A stretch of 64,000 bases of DNA from an uncultured virus (IMG/VR IMGVR_UViG_3300050134_000033) (taxonomy: Duplodnaviria; Heunggongvirae; Uroviricota; Caudoviricetes). Location of the stretch: the IMG/VR virus record IMGVR_UViG_3300050134_000033; one strand, written 5' to 3'. The notes under the pieces were generated by a model. The model was given only the letters and a program-made list of their open reading frames with translations. It had not been told where the DNA came from and did not search any database. Shown here piece after piece: positions 44,453 through 55,368 of the stretch (the stretch's first letter is position 1; each line of letters opens with the position of its first letter). Position numbers and translations under genes: made by a program.

Positions 44453-44943
44453 GAACTGGCGGTAGGAGGGAGAGTTGAACTCCCAATGCCCGTAGGCATA
44501 ACTGTTTTCGAGACAGTCGGACTTGCCAATGTGCCAACCCTACCAAACTTTTTCTTACGCAATCCCTTTTGCCAACGCCATTCGTTGTTATAAGCAACGT
44601 GAGCGTCTGTGCACGGCTTACAACGACAACCCAGAGTATACAGGCCGTGTGTTCCATGCCTGCCAGTCTTTGGCGTCCTTCGAGCCGCCTTGTTGCACTT
44701 ACGGTGCGAGTACGCAATGTTGTCTTCCGCCCAGAAAAGCTGCGGATCAACGTCGAGCCAATCCTTCTTGTGCTCAATGGAAAGCTCGCTGGCCTTCTCG
44801 ATCAGTTTGCCGCATTTGAAACAAACGTTGTCGCCTAGCTTTACCAGCAGTCCGAAAAACAGGCGTTGCTTGAGGCGGTTACTCGCTGTGCCGAACGGCA
44901 TTCCAAGTTGCTCGGCTTTCTTACAATTCGCATTAGTATCCAT
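44416..44943 (-). CDS. HNH-like endonuclease whose 3' end reads through tRNA-Ser genes
   Basis: CFKCG...SIEHKK.W...NIAYSHRKCN; HGT...Y..GCRC..C. Confidence 0.7.
   Translation of the reverse strand: MDTNANCKKAEQLGMPFGTASNRLKQRLFFGLLVKLGDNVCFKCGKLIEKASELSIEHKKDWLDVDPQLFWAEDNIAYSHRKCNKAARRTPKTGRHGTHGLYTLGCRCKPCTDAHVAYNNEWRWQKGLRKKKFGRVGTLASPTVSKTVMPTGIGSSTLPPTASSVSLVHGQVRPS
44457..44544 (-). tRNA. tRNA-Ser(CGA)
   Basis: ACTGT-CT CGA AA-ACAGT; long V arm. Confidence 0.9.
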
Positions 44944-44962
44944 GCGATTTAATACTCAAATT

Positions 44963-45054
44963 TGGCGGAGAGTAGAGGATTCGAACCTCTGATCCCGCTT
45001 GCGCGGGATACACGCTTTCCAAGCGTGCGGCATAAACCACTCGCCCAACTCTCC
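44963..45054 (-). tRNA. tRNA-Ser(GGA)
   Basis: CACGC-TT GGA AA-GCGTG; long V arm. Confidence 0.95.
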
Positions 45055-45055
45055 A

Positions 45056-45148
45056 TGGCGGAAGCGCCGAGATTCGAACTCGGACTCCCGAGGTAAACTC
45101 GGGAGGACAGGGTAGCAACCTGCTGCGATACCGTTACGCCACGCTTCC
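45056..45148 (-). tRNA. tRNA-Ser(GCU)
   Basis: GCAGG-TT GCT AC-CCTGT; long V arm. Confidence 0.92.
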
Positions 45149-45161
45149 GTACTTTATGTCC

Positions 45162-45194
45162 AAAAACACAAAAGCCGCCCAATTTCTGGCGGCT
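45162..45194 (-). terminator. Attenuator terminator before tRNA array 2
   Basis: AGCCGCC-AGAAATTG-GGCGGCT-TTTGTGTTTTT. Confidence 0.85.
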
Positions 45195-45228
45195 GCTCGG
45201 TGAATCTAATCTGCTTGTTTTCAGATAC

Positions 45229-45303
45229 TTACAAGCACACACCGATGCCGTCGCCCCGTGAGGAGCTACTAGACGATAACGATGATATGCTGATAGCGAT
45301 CAT
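45229..45303 (-). CDS. Ser-rich leader peptide (24 aa) of tRNA array 2
   Basis: MIAISISSLSSSSSSRGDGIGVCL, using all six Ser codons plus ATA and TTA. Confidence 0.85.
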   Translation of the reverse strand: MIAISISSLSSSSSSRGDGIGVCL

Positions 45304-45342
45304 TTTGTGTGTCCGGGTCACCTTCTTGCGGTGAGCCAACTT

Positions 45343-45825
45343 CTATATAATACCACGGAATTCCGAATTTTGGATAGGATTATCGAAATTTTTTGAAGCT
45401 AGGTAGTTTTCGATGTACCTCGCCGCCTCTCTGAGGGTTTCGGGATTGTCCATCGCCATGCCCAACATGGTGTTGCATCGGCTACAGAGGAGGCCACGAA
45501 TGCACTCCCCGCAAGACCAATAACCCGAACAGCATGAATGGTCATGGTCGATGCCCAGATACCTTCTGGATGGAGCTTGCCGACAGATAGCACAGACGCC
45601 CGCTTGATCCGCCATCCGAGCCGCATACTGTTCAGGAGTTATATGGTGCTTGTTGAGAACGAGGTACTTGCGAACGCGGTCGGGACGGTTCTTGATGAGA
45701 TGCTGGCACGCTTTGCAGTAAGTCTGAACACCAGATCGACGGTTCTTATGAGTATCGAACTTGGTTAAATCTTTCTCCCCACAGCTTGGACAACCCTTGA
45801 ATTCGTAGTTTTTCCATTGACCCAT
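45343..45825 (-). CDS. Endonuclease VII-family homing endonuclease
   Basis: CAIC...IDHDH...IRGLLCSRCN..LG...D. Confidence 0.85.
   Translation of the reverse strand: MGQWKNYEFKGCPSCGEKDLTKFDTHKNRRSGVQTYCKACQHLIKNRPDRVRKYLVLNKHHITPEQYAARMADQAGVCAICRQAPSRRYLGIDHDHSCCSGYWSCGECIRGLLCSRCNTMLGMAMDNPETLREAARYIENYLASKNFDNPIQNSEFRGII
45347..45378 (-). promoter_or_regulatory. Phage promoter of tRNA array 2
   Basis: CCTATC-N20-TATTAT. Confidence 0.75.
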
Positions 45826-48338
45826 TTTTTGACTACCCTATGTACAATACTGCGGTAGTCAAATTATTTGTGAAGAAATTTTTCGATGACGGCATGATGG
45901 CCTAGCAGCCACTCGATTCCCAGCCACCCCAAGATGCCCCACGTTGTCACCAATATCGCGACTGATCCCAAGATGAACCACCAACACGCCATCGTTGCAA
46001 CGTGACGAATGATGTTGATGATCGTCCCCGCTGGATCATCTATGAATGACCGAATGAAGTAGTACGAGAAGGTGTACTTGCTCACCCGTTCGACATGCTG
46101 ATTGAGCAGCTTAACGTGTTCGGTCAGTGCGGGAATGTTCATCAGGACCAGATCACGTTCTTTTCCATGAGCCCGCACTGCTCACAGTGGCGAACCTGAT
46201 TAGTCACGTAATGGGCGAAGCAGCCAGCTTTCGTCCATGGGTAGGCGACGGCGAACCTTTGTCCATCCACCCACGGTCCCCACGTGTGCACCCAATGCCA
46301 CTCGTGCATCTTCCTGCGAATGAGTTCAGCGGGGCGCATGAAGCCGTAGTAGGTCACCCACCACACGGCAAGACGAAGCGGTGTCTCTTTTGGCGTGCTG
46401 CGATTACTCGGGTGCGAAGGGCAGATGACTTGCTTTTCCGATCCGTCGCACATTCCCGTGTTGATGAGTTCGCACAAGCAATTACTCATTCGGTTCCTCC
46501 GTGCCGTCACTCAAGAAATCGATGGCTTCGCGCACGTTGCCGCCCTCGTTCTCGATACGCCAATACACTTCCTTGAGTCGTTGAGTGTTGGCGTCGAGCC
46601 AGTCGAACCTCTGACTGTCACTCATCATACTTTCAGTCCTCGGTACTTCTCGGGTCGCTGCTCTGGGTCGGGGTGATTCCAGTTTATGAGTTCTTCCCAC
46701 GTCTCGGGAGCGGGGATGCTCGGGTCATACTTGGTGTTGGCGCAACGGCAGATGGGACATTCCTCGACCCAAGGGTTGAGCCCGCGTTCGTGGCAGACGT
46801 GATCGCAGCGATTCATTAGAACATCGATTCTGACGGCGGTACGCCGCCCTTTGGGACTAAGATGATGTGAGCCGTCGTTCCCGCTTTGCCACGGGTCGGC
46901 AATTTGTCGGCGTGCCACAAATAGCGGCACGCAAAGTCGTGGCCCTCATTGTGTCCAAAACCGCAGTAAAAACAGCGGAGCGTAGCGCCCGACACGACAC
47001 AGGGCTCAGCCTCAATGTAGACGGCAAGCCAACAGCCGCCTATCTTCTCCTGTTTTTCGCGTATCACGGTATTCGGATGTGCGTTCATGGTTTTACTTCC
47101 TCGCAATCGTCAAGATAGACGTGCCGCCAGCCTTTCGGGGCGGTGTCTTTCATAAGCATGAACATGCGCTGACGTTCTCCAATCGGCTTCTTACATACCT
47201 CACAGACGGTGCCGAGGCTCTTCATTGACTCGGGGGTAGTGATGAACGCCCCGGGCTCCTCTTGAATTGCAAAGTCTATGGTTCGCAGGTCGGTGCTCAT
47301 AAAACGTGCCTGTACCCCACGGAGACGATTTTGTCGATGCCGTGCTCCACGTAGAAGTATACGGCCCAGACGGTGTGAAACTCTTTCGGGAATGCAATTG
47401 GTTCCCGCCGCCCGTGGAGAATAACAGTGTCATCCTTACGCGGAACAATTTCCATCTCCTCCACTGCGTAAGGCGTGTATTTGTATCCGACGAGGGCGTC
47501 TGCGTGCAGCCCTTGCGGTAGCGTAGATTGATCGACGAAGTGAATTTTCATAGTTTCCCCGATAACGCACTCAATTTGATCGCGGCAGAGATCATTTCGT
47601 ACAGAGCTCAACCCACCAAGATTACCCACACAAACCCAATCCGGGTGTGCGCCTGCCCCGTCTTTCGGTCGCCAAAACAAAGACCACAGTCGGCAACCCA
47701 GAACTGCCACTTACGCTTTGTACTTGTCTCCACTGTTCGCTCCGTGATTCGCGATATCTGAAAACTTGCAAGCAATGTTGAAATGCTCCCAATACTCTTT
47801 GCTCAGGCTGCACTGCTGACACTGCGTTAACCCGCTGCTGATTTTGGTGATGGGTGAGTGCCCCATGTTTTCCTGTTGCAACTGATCCAGCCGCTTGCCG
47901 TTGCCATCATGGATGATTCGGGTGTGCTTGCCCGCACAATGAACCTTACGGCAGTCTTGTAGGTTCTTGAAGATCGTGAGCGACCCCGTGTTGTACCAGC
48001 GGAGAACGACCTGCCCGTCGTCGAACTCAACGCCCTCAGCGACGAGGCCAGTGCCGCTGATCTTCGTGCTATCCTTGGTGCGATCTAATTGAAAATGTCT
48101 CATAGCATGGGGTGGAGCGTAAAGAATCCATCGATCAAGTGTAACGCACGGTCGTGGTTCTTGTCATCCAGTACATCGAAATCCAGCCGCGTGCGTCCCC
48201 ACCCGTCGTTGTAAATCCTGAATGCACAGTTTTCGCCGAATGCCCTCTTGATCGTGGGCATAACCGCCCTGACTGCGGCGTCGATCTTTTTCTTAACCCA
48301 CGGCTTTTCGTAGTTCGGTACGAAGTAGGCGACCATTC

Positions 48339-48566
48339 TCATATCTTCTTCACTTCCATGACACCTACAATACCGTTCCACGCCCGCTTGAGTTGCGCTT
48401 CCTGCTTCTCATTCGCTACGAACTGCACGTGGCACATGTGCCCCATCTGGGGATCGAAACGCGAAGTGCCGTAGATGCTTTCCACATCAATACTCCGCGC
48501 TGTTAGGGCGGCGAGAATTCGACTCAGGACGCCCTGCTCATTTCGATATGAAATCAGATAATCCAT
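48339..48566 (-). CDS. Stand-alone ACT-domain protein (IlvN-like)
   Basis: NEQGVLSRILAALTARSIDVESI resembles the ACT consensus N.PGVL.RI...F..R..NIES. Confidence 0.6.
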   Translation of the reverse strand: MDYLISYRNEQGVLSRILAALTARSIDVESIYGTSRFDPQMGHMCHVQFVANEKQEAQLKRAWNGIVGVMEVKKI

Positions 48567-49990
48567 CAGTCTGCCGAGGGCTTGTTCATGTCGGTCAAAG
48601 CAACGTCGCGAGGAGCGAAAGTCATACGCTTCGACGCCTCAATCGCTTCTACATATTGCGCCCGCTGCGCTTCCGTGCGAACCGTGATGATCATACTGTC
48701 GGTCACGGAGTAATGATCGATGCCATAATCATTCGGCACATTGTGACGGCGACGAATCTCTGCTCGCGTTCCGTCTTGATCCGCATTGACCCGAACTTCA
48801 ACAGCGTTCACTGGAGCACAGTAATTGCGAATCTCCATTGAGTTAGGATCGTAGTGAATCGGGTTAGGGAGGATGTCAACGCAAACCGTTGTCTTCTGAA
48901 CGGTCGCTGACTCGATGCCCGCGTTGATGGTTTGGTCTGTTGTCTCAAGCTGCTTCGTGACTCCACGGCCCGCGTAGCCGAAGACAATCGCACCGATGAT
49001 AAAAACAACAGCGATAACTAACAACCCGCCGACCTGTAATTTACGTTTCATAGACACTCCTCAGTGGTGAATTTCTCTCCGTACCATGACCTTCGCTTCT
49101 TCCGCCGACTCCTGCAAACTGGTGAGGCGGCTCATAAAGCCGATGTTCTGAGCTACCATGAGATAGTCACCCGTCAGCTTGCCCTTGACCCTGTGGATGG
49201 CGTCCAGCAGTTCGTTCAAACGGGCGTAAAGCTGCACTGGCGTGATGTCCTCGGAAATGGGTCGCGAGAAGAACAGCGCCATAGTGGTGATTTCGAGTTC
49301 AGCGATGGTGACGACACTCTTCACCTTACGGATGAACTCGTCCATGTACTGAGCCTTGTCGCCCAAGTCCATAAACGAACCCGCGTTCTTCATTACGACG
49401 TTCGTTGTTTCAGTGCTCATTGAACCACCGCCTGCCCCTTGGATACGACCACGTTCGACGCCAGCCCACGCATCGTCGCCCTTGGCTGCTTACCGTCAGG
49501 CACAAAGCGAGTGACCGTTGGAACCTTGAACTCGATGCCCTCGACCTGATAGCAGGTGCCTCGGAAATGCACCGTCCAGACCTGAGGCAGCTTCCGCTGC
49601 ATGTTGACGCGATTGAAGTGAGCGAAAAATGCGTAACGCTTCGCCGCCATCACAAACTCCCATGCCACGGACAATAGGCGTGGTCATCGCACATATCCCG
49701 CCGATGCAGTTCCGACAGGTTGTGCCAGCCCATGTAATCGTGGAAGTAGAAATGCCGCCGCCCGCCATGTTGGAACCCGAATCCCCAATGAGGCCCAAAA
49801 AGTCCGTCCTGAGTGTGGATGCTGAACGACTTTAGCGTGCTCATCTTGTCCTTCTCGGGACTCCACGTGAGTCTCTTGTGTGCGAAAAGAAGCAGGAGCT
49901 TGAAAAAGTATCCGAGGATTTGGCTCCCGAACGTCCACATGAAGAGCAGGCCGACCACCGCTATGATGATGCGAAACCCAATTAGGGGGT

Positions 49991-50827
49991 TCATGCTTTG
50001 ACCTTCTCAATCTTCTCTTGCCGATCCACGTCGTAGTAGTCGTGGATCGTGTGGTAGCCGTCCAATTCCGTCAGCCAGTGCAGGGGTTTGTTCGGGTCCC
50101 CCATGCGGGGCTTCTCGTCTTCTTCGGGCACCATGAACGAGCGGAGGTAGGTGACCATCTTGTAGAAATTCTCGACATCGGTGATGTAGCGGTCGTTGTT
50201 GTCTTCACCCGTGTGGGTGACGACGGCAAGGGGGTTGCTGGCAAACCAGACAGTGGCGATCTCGAAGCTCTCGTCGCTGCCCATGTACTCGTCCACCAGA
50301 TACTTGAGTTTAATCAGCCCCGCTTGCTCGATCTCTTCCCATCTCTTGTAGTCGTGCAGGCAAATCTCTTCTTCGCCCAACCATTTCTCCAATCGGTCGA
50401 TACGGGAGAAACCATCGGTGATGGGTTTCAAGGCGTAGAGTTCGTTCGGCGTGAAGACCTTCTTGGCGTACTGCGCCTGCAACTCGGCGACATACTCATT
50501 GGCTTCCTTCGTAGAGCTTAGCCCACCAGCCACGATGCGACCACGGAAGGGATCGTCCCAAGCCCGATAGTGAAGCTCGATACGCTGAGGCTGCAAATCT
50601 TCCAGCCTGTGTCCGCTGCGACGTGCCTCCTCGGGGCTGGCCTGAGCATCACACCACATCATGCCCGCGAAATAGCCCTCATTCTTGAGTTTGGCGCAGA
50701 TGAAGTTGCGGGCTTCTTCGAAATCGTCAATGGTACGGGTAAAGCTGGGGGCGGTTGAGCCGCCAAGCCCACCGTTCCACTCGCCTTCTTTCCACAGCCA
50801 AATGTTCAGCGGCCAGCGGGTTGCCAT
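49991..50827 (-). CDS. Hypothetical protein
   Basis: 278-aa ORF. Confidence 0.65.
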   Translation of the reverse strand: MATRWPLNIWLWKEGEWNGGLGGSTAPSFTRTIDDFEEARNFICAKLKNEGYFAGMMWCDAQASPEEARRSGHRLEDLQPQRIELHYRAWDDPFRGRIVAGGLSSTKEANEYVAELQAQYAKKVFTPNELYALKPITDGFSRIDRLEKWLGEEEICLHDYKRWEEIEQAGLIKLKYLVDEYMGSDESFEIATVWFASNPLAVVTHTGEDNNDRYITDVENFYKMVTYLRSFMVPEEDEKPRMGDPNKPLHWLTELDGYHTIHDYYDVDRQEKIEKVKA

Positions 50828-51132
50828 TTATGCCCTCTTCCCCAGCAGGTTGTATCCCCGCTCGGTGATGTGAAACTGCGTGATGCCATCTTGAGGCGAA
50901 AGGGAGCCTTTGTACTTCGACGGCGTGATGAGGTTGTGTTTGAACAGGAACCAGAATGTCTTGTACCCAACCCGCTTCGTTGTCTGGTCGGTCAGCACGT
51001 AGTTCAGTTTCGCGTGAACCTTGTCGCCCAGCGTGCGAAAGAATAGACGGTCGCGGTCGGGCGTCAGGTACTCGCAGAACGGCGCTCCGTTTCGGATAGC
51101 TGTCAGAATCTCGCGTTGTGCCTTGGTTAGTT

Positions 51133-53289
51133 TCATGCTTCCTCTGGCTCAAAGCCGCCATTGCCCTTCAACTCCATGCCATTTTCAGTGAGGGTTTGGA
51201 CGAGCCACTCTTTGCCGACTTGCTTGATGCCGAGTTGAGTCGCCTTGCTCAGCTTCGTCTTGCCTGCCGAGTCTCCGACGATCAGCAGGTTGCACTTCGA
51301 CGTGACACCCGACTTTGATACCCCGCCAAGGCGTACCAGCTTCTCTGCAATGCTATCACGATCTTCGGTGAACTCGCCAGTGATACAGAAGGCAACACCC
51401 TTAAGGGGCTCGCCTGCCACGGTCGCGACCGTTGTGTTCGTAGGCTGGACACCGTTCAGGGAGAGCGTAATGCAAATCTCGATGTTGCGCTGCTCCTTCG
51501 CCCACGTGTGGATCATGTCCAGCTTGACATCGCCGATACCTTCGACTTCTCCCGGCAACAGGCTGGCAAGCAGATTGGGCAGGTTTTGCATATTCTGTGC
51601 ATCCAGCTTCAATTTAGCCGCAAGCACCTTACCAAGCGTCCGACCGATCATCGGAATGCCGAGGCAGGCTATCCAGCGTTCCCACGGGGCTTTCTTTGCC
51701 TTCTCCATCGAACGGAGCATCCTCGGGAGTGTGGCGTCGAAGCCTTTCTTACGCATCTTGGCAATGAATGCCTCTTCGCCGAATTTTGCCAGCCCCGACA
51801 TAGCTTCCGTGTGGAATTCAAACAACTCGCCGATGTCGCGGGCATAGCCGCCAGTCACGATCTTGGTCGCCATCTCAGGTCCGAGGTTGTCGATCTCCAG
51901 AACGTCGCGGCTGCTTATGAATGAGAACAGATCGCGCACGCGGCCCACGCATTCGTAGTTCTGGCACCAGTGGGTGATGATGCCGCTGCGCTCCTCGTCC
52001 AGCACTTCCAGCTTGGAGAAGCACTCGGGGCAGACGGTCGGCGTTACGATCTTGGTATCGCCCTCGTCGATCACCTTGACGATCTGCGGGATGACATCGC
52101 CTGAGCGGAGCATCTCGACCTTGGCTCCGAGCTTCAATCCCATTGTGTCAATCCACGTGATGTTGTTCAGGGTCGCATGGGTCACCATAGCGCCCGCCAG
52201 AGGCACGGGATCGCACGTGGCGACGGGCGTTAGCTTGCCCTGACGACCAACCTGCCATTCGATGCTGCGGAGATAGGTGGTGCCGCTTGCCGACTGCGGC
52301 TTGAAGCACACTTGGTAATTGGCAACCTTGCTGCCGTTGCCCATCCGTGCCCGGTCCTTATGGCTCTCAGCCTTAACAACCACGCCATCCGCGATAACGT
52401 CAGATTCCTTATTCGCGGCCAAAATTTGATCCAGCACCTTGATGACGTTATCCGCACCGTCGATTATGAACCCTTCGTACTTGGCGAAGCCTACGCCTGT
52501 GAGCATCAGCATTCGCGCATAGCCGCTGTCAGGGAGAGCCGCGTCATCGCTGCCGTAAACTTCCCACGGGATGAACATGATTTCACGCTTGGCAACCTCA
52601 GCGAGGTCTTTCAGCTTCATGGTGCCTGCGGTCAGGTTGCGGGTGCTGGCGTATTCCTTCTCGCCTTTGGCACGGGCAGCCTTGTTGATGCGCTCCAGTT
52701 CGGACTTCCGCATCACGAGTTCGCCGCGAACGTTGGTGTCGGCGGGGAAAGCCGAATGTCGCACGTAAACGCCCGGGCTGTTCTCCATCAACAGGGTCTT
52801 GGGAACACTCAGGAGCACCTTGACTTGTGCCGTCATGTCCTCGCCCTCGGAACCGCTACCACGGGACAACGCCTGCACCAGATGACCGTCACGGTAGCGA
52901 AGTTCGCAAGAGATGCCGTCCCGCTTCGGCTCAGCCAACATGAGAGGCGTAGGCAGGGTGAGGAAAAACTCGGTGATTTCGTCCTTGGTGTATTTGTTCT
53001 CGATGCTGAGCATCGGGCGAATATGGCGGACACGTCCACTCGCGTTTGCCGTCAGATCGCTGCCGACCGTTGACAATACCGTGGCGGCGTAAGCCAGTTT
53101 CGGAGCACGGGTGATGATGTCTTTGAGATGCTTCTCCATCGCATCGTATTCGGCGTCCGTCATGATGGGAGTCGCCTTCTTGTAATAGGCGTCCCGAGCC
53201 TCTTCCAGCTTGCGGTTATATTGCTGGACGGCGAGAAGTGTCGTGGGGTTATCGGCGAACGATACCCCGTGTGGATCGATGATATCCAT
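51133..53289 (-). CDS. ligA: NAD-dependent DNA ligase
   Basis: YY...P.MTDAEYD, PMLSI, EPKRDG, SRGSG.EGEDMT, VRGE, WQVGR.G.LTP, RSGDVIP, Zn finger and BRCT domain. Confidence 0.96.
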   Translation of the reverse strand: MDIIDPHGVSFADNPTTLLAVQQYNRKLEEARDAYYKKATPIMTDAEYDAMEKHLKDIITRAPKLAYAATVLSTVGSDLTANASGRVRHIRPMLSIENKYTKDEITEFFLTLPTPLMLAEPKRDGISCELRYRDGHLVQALSRGSGSEGEDMTAQVKVLLSVPKTLLMENSPGVYVRHSAFPADTNVRGELVMRKSELERINKAARAKGEKEYASTRNLTAGTMKLKDLAEVAKREIMFIPWEVYGSDDAALPDSGYARMLMLTGVGFAKYEGFIIDGADNVIKVLDQILAANKESDVIADGVVVKAESHKDRARMGNGSKVANYQVCFKPQSASGTTYLRSIEWQVGRQGKLTPVATCDPVPLAGAMVTHATLNNITWIDTMGLKLGAKVEMLRSGDVIPQIVKVIDEGDTKIVTPTVCPECFSKLEVLDEERSGIITHWCQNYECVGRVRDLFSFISSRDVLEIDNLGPEMATKIVTGGYARDIGELFEFHTEAMSGLAKFGEEAFIAKMRKKGFDATLPRMLRSMEKAKKAPWERWIACLGIPMIGRTLGKVLAAKLKLDAQNMQNLPNLLASLLPGEVEGIGDVKLDMIHTWAKEQRNIEICITLSLNGVQPTNTTVATVAGEPLKGVAFCITGEFTEDRDSIAEKLVRLGGVSKSGVTSKCNLLIVGDSAGKTKLSKATQLGIKQVGKEWLVQTLTENGMELKGNGGFEPEEA

Positions 53290-53296
53290 AGTCGCT

Positions 53297-53328
53297 ATTC
53301 TACCAGATTTTCTGGGACTCTGGCTAGG
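53297..53328 (-). promoter_or_regulatory. Recurrent phage promoter (ligA)
   Basis: CCTAGC-N20-TAGAAT-N7-ATG. Confidence 0.75.
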
Positions 53329-54643
53329 TTTTTGTAAGGAAGTTTCAGCTTGGAATTCAGGCTATTCTGCCGTATTTCCCTGAACTTGATGGCCCGCCAT
53401 TTCCGCATGAGACGGCTGATCTCGCCGTGGTTGAATCGGAACTGTTTCCACTCAGGTGATCGCCATTCCCCGCGCTCCGTGTTGGTCGGCTCTTCGCAGT
53501 CGGGGGGTTTACGAGCCAAGACCTTGACCTTCGCTCGGTCGTAAGCCATAACCACGGCTCCGCGATAGAGCCGCTGAGCATCTTTCAGGTCGCCTTCGTG
53601 GAGAGCGATAATACGAATCTTGAGATTCGAACAGAACTGATCGAACCCTTCAACTTCGGGATACCGCTCTTCCTGCAAGTTCCCGTACTCATCCATTAGT
53701 TAAAGCCTTCGATGAACTTTCGCATCTCGACGGGCGTGCCGAGGAATCCGCCGACCAGCAGCATCATTCCCAATTCACAGGCGGGATGGTTTTGTGTCTC
53801 GGGGTGCTTGTTCAGATCGGACCCCATTGAGGCGAACGCACCGTTGAGATCGCCAGCATCGACGAGTTCGAGTGCGCGTTGTTTGCACCATGCTACGTGT
53901 TCACTGCGAGATACTGTTGTTTCCATTAAAATCCTCCATTCGGATCGCCAGAGTAGCCGTAATCTGGATCGGGACAAGCGAACTCTTTGCCGTGACGTTT
54001 CATGAGTTCCTTCTGTTCAGGAAAGAGGAACTGTGTCCAGTTGCCGCCACGGTCGTGTTGAGCGATTTCGATAAACTTGCACTTCGGGTCACCGCCGCTC
54101 ATGCTGTCGTACACGCGAGTGACCATCGCGAGACCACCTTGAACGTCATCCTCACCGTGGTCGATGCTCATCATGGTGCGGACATAAATCCACTCGCCAA
54201 CCTTCGGCACCCAAAACTTGCCGCTCTTGATCTTGCGCTTAAGGTCAGCGAACGCTTCTTCGGAGATTTTGTTCTCCGAGGCACGGGCCAGCTCTTCGTA
54301 CTCAAACGATTGCCCTGTACGCTGGCACACGTAACGTTTCGCAGTAGCAGTTTTCATTGTAGCCCCTGAGTCTTCTGATTCTCCAGCCGATGCCCCGCCA
54401 GCACGTCGTAGTATTCCCCGTCGTCAGGCGTCTCGTGCATCTCTTCGCTCGGGTCGTCGATAAATCCGTTCACCCTGTCCTTCATCATCTTGATCCACGT
54501 CCGAACGGTGTCATTGTCGTCGCAGTACCCGCTCGTCATTTCGTAACCGTCCGACTTACGGAAGACCGAATAGTAGGTCAGCTTGTAGCCAGCCATACTC
54601 TTCGCCTTCGTTACGTCGATGTCAAACCCACGGTACTGAACCT

Positions 54644-55330
54644 TCACGCGCCTGCCCCCATCACCTTCTTGAACTCTTCCTCGGTGATCTCAATCTTCTT
54701 GCCATTGGGGTCAGCCATGAAATACTTGCCGCCCGAGAAGTTCCACGAGACTTGCTCCCACGTGACGGGCTCCTCAGCCAGCAAGACGCGGAGGGCGATG
54801 TCGTACTTGTACTCCAGCTTGTTTCGCCATTTTGCCTTTGACTCTGGGATTGTGCTGGTGCGACGGCGGTTCACGCCGAGGTCCGCGACTTTGAGGATTT
54901 TCGAGGCGGGATTCTCCGCAGATCGATAAATGAAATCGCGATAGGTTTCCTTGCCGTGCTCTTGGCAGTTGGCAATCTTGCAGAGATGGTCTCCATGACG
55001 CCGCGTGACACCATCAACAATGTCGGCAACTGTCTTGCCAAAGTCTTTACGGATGTCTTCAAGGGTCAGGGGGGTGTCCTCAGGCACGTCATGAAGGACG
55101 GCGGCGACCAGCATATCTTCGATGGTTACACCCTTGGGCAGGTGTAGAGGATCGGTGCCGCGAATCCCTGCGGCATAGGGGCCTCGGTCAAACTCCCGTT
55201 TGACAGCGAACATGACTTCGAGGGAGTGGACGATGTGCGGCTGGCCGTCTTCGTCGATCTGCCCCTGATGGGCAAGCACGGCGGTAAGGATCGCCTGCTC
55301 AAGACGAGACATGGGTTTACGTTCGACCAT
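54644..55330 (-). CDS. HD-domain (RelA/SpoT hydrolase, Mesh1-like) protein
   Basis: AH.GQ....G.P...H..EV, AAVLHDVPEDT, VDGVTR, KVADL..N. Confidence 0.8.
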   Translation of the reverse strand: MVERKPMSRLEQAILTAVLAHQGQIDEDGQPHIVHSLEVMFAVKREFDRGPYAAGIRGTDPLHLPKGVTIEDMLVAAVLHDVPEDTPLTLEDIRKDFGKTVADIVDGVTRRHGDHLCKIANCQEHGKETYRDFIYRSAENPASKILKVADLGVNRRRTSTIPESKAKWRNKLEYKYDIALRVLLAEEPVTWEQVSWNFSGGKYFMADPNGKKIEITEEEFKKVMGAGA

Positions 55331-55336
55331 GCTGCT

Positions 55337-55368
55337 ATTATACCGAAAATAATGGAAAAACGGATAGC
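55337..55368 (-). promoter_or_regulatory. Recurrent phage promoter (HD hydrolase)
   Basis: GCTATC-N20-TATAAT-N6-ATG. Confidence 0.75.
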
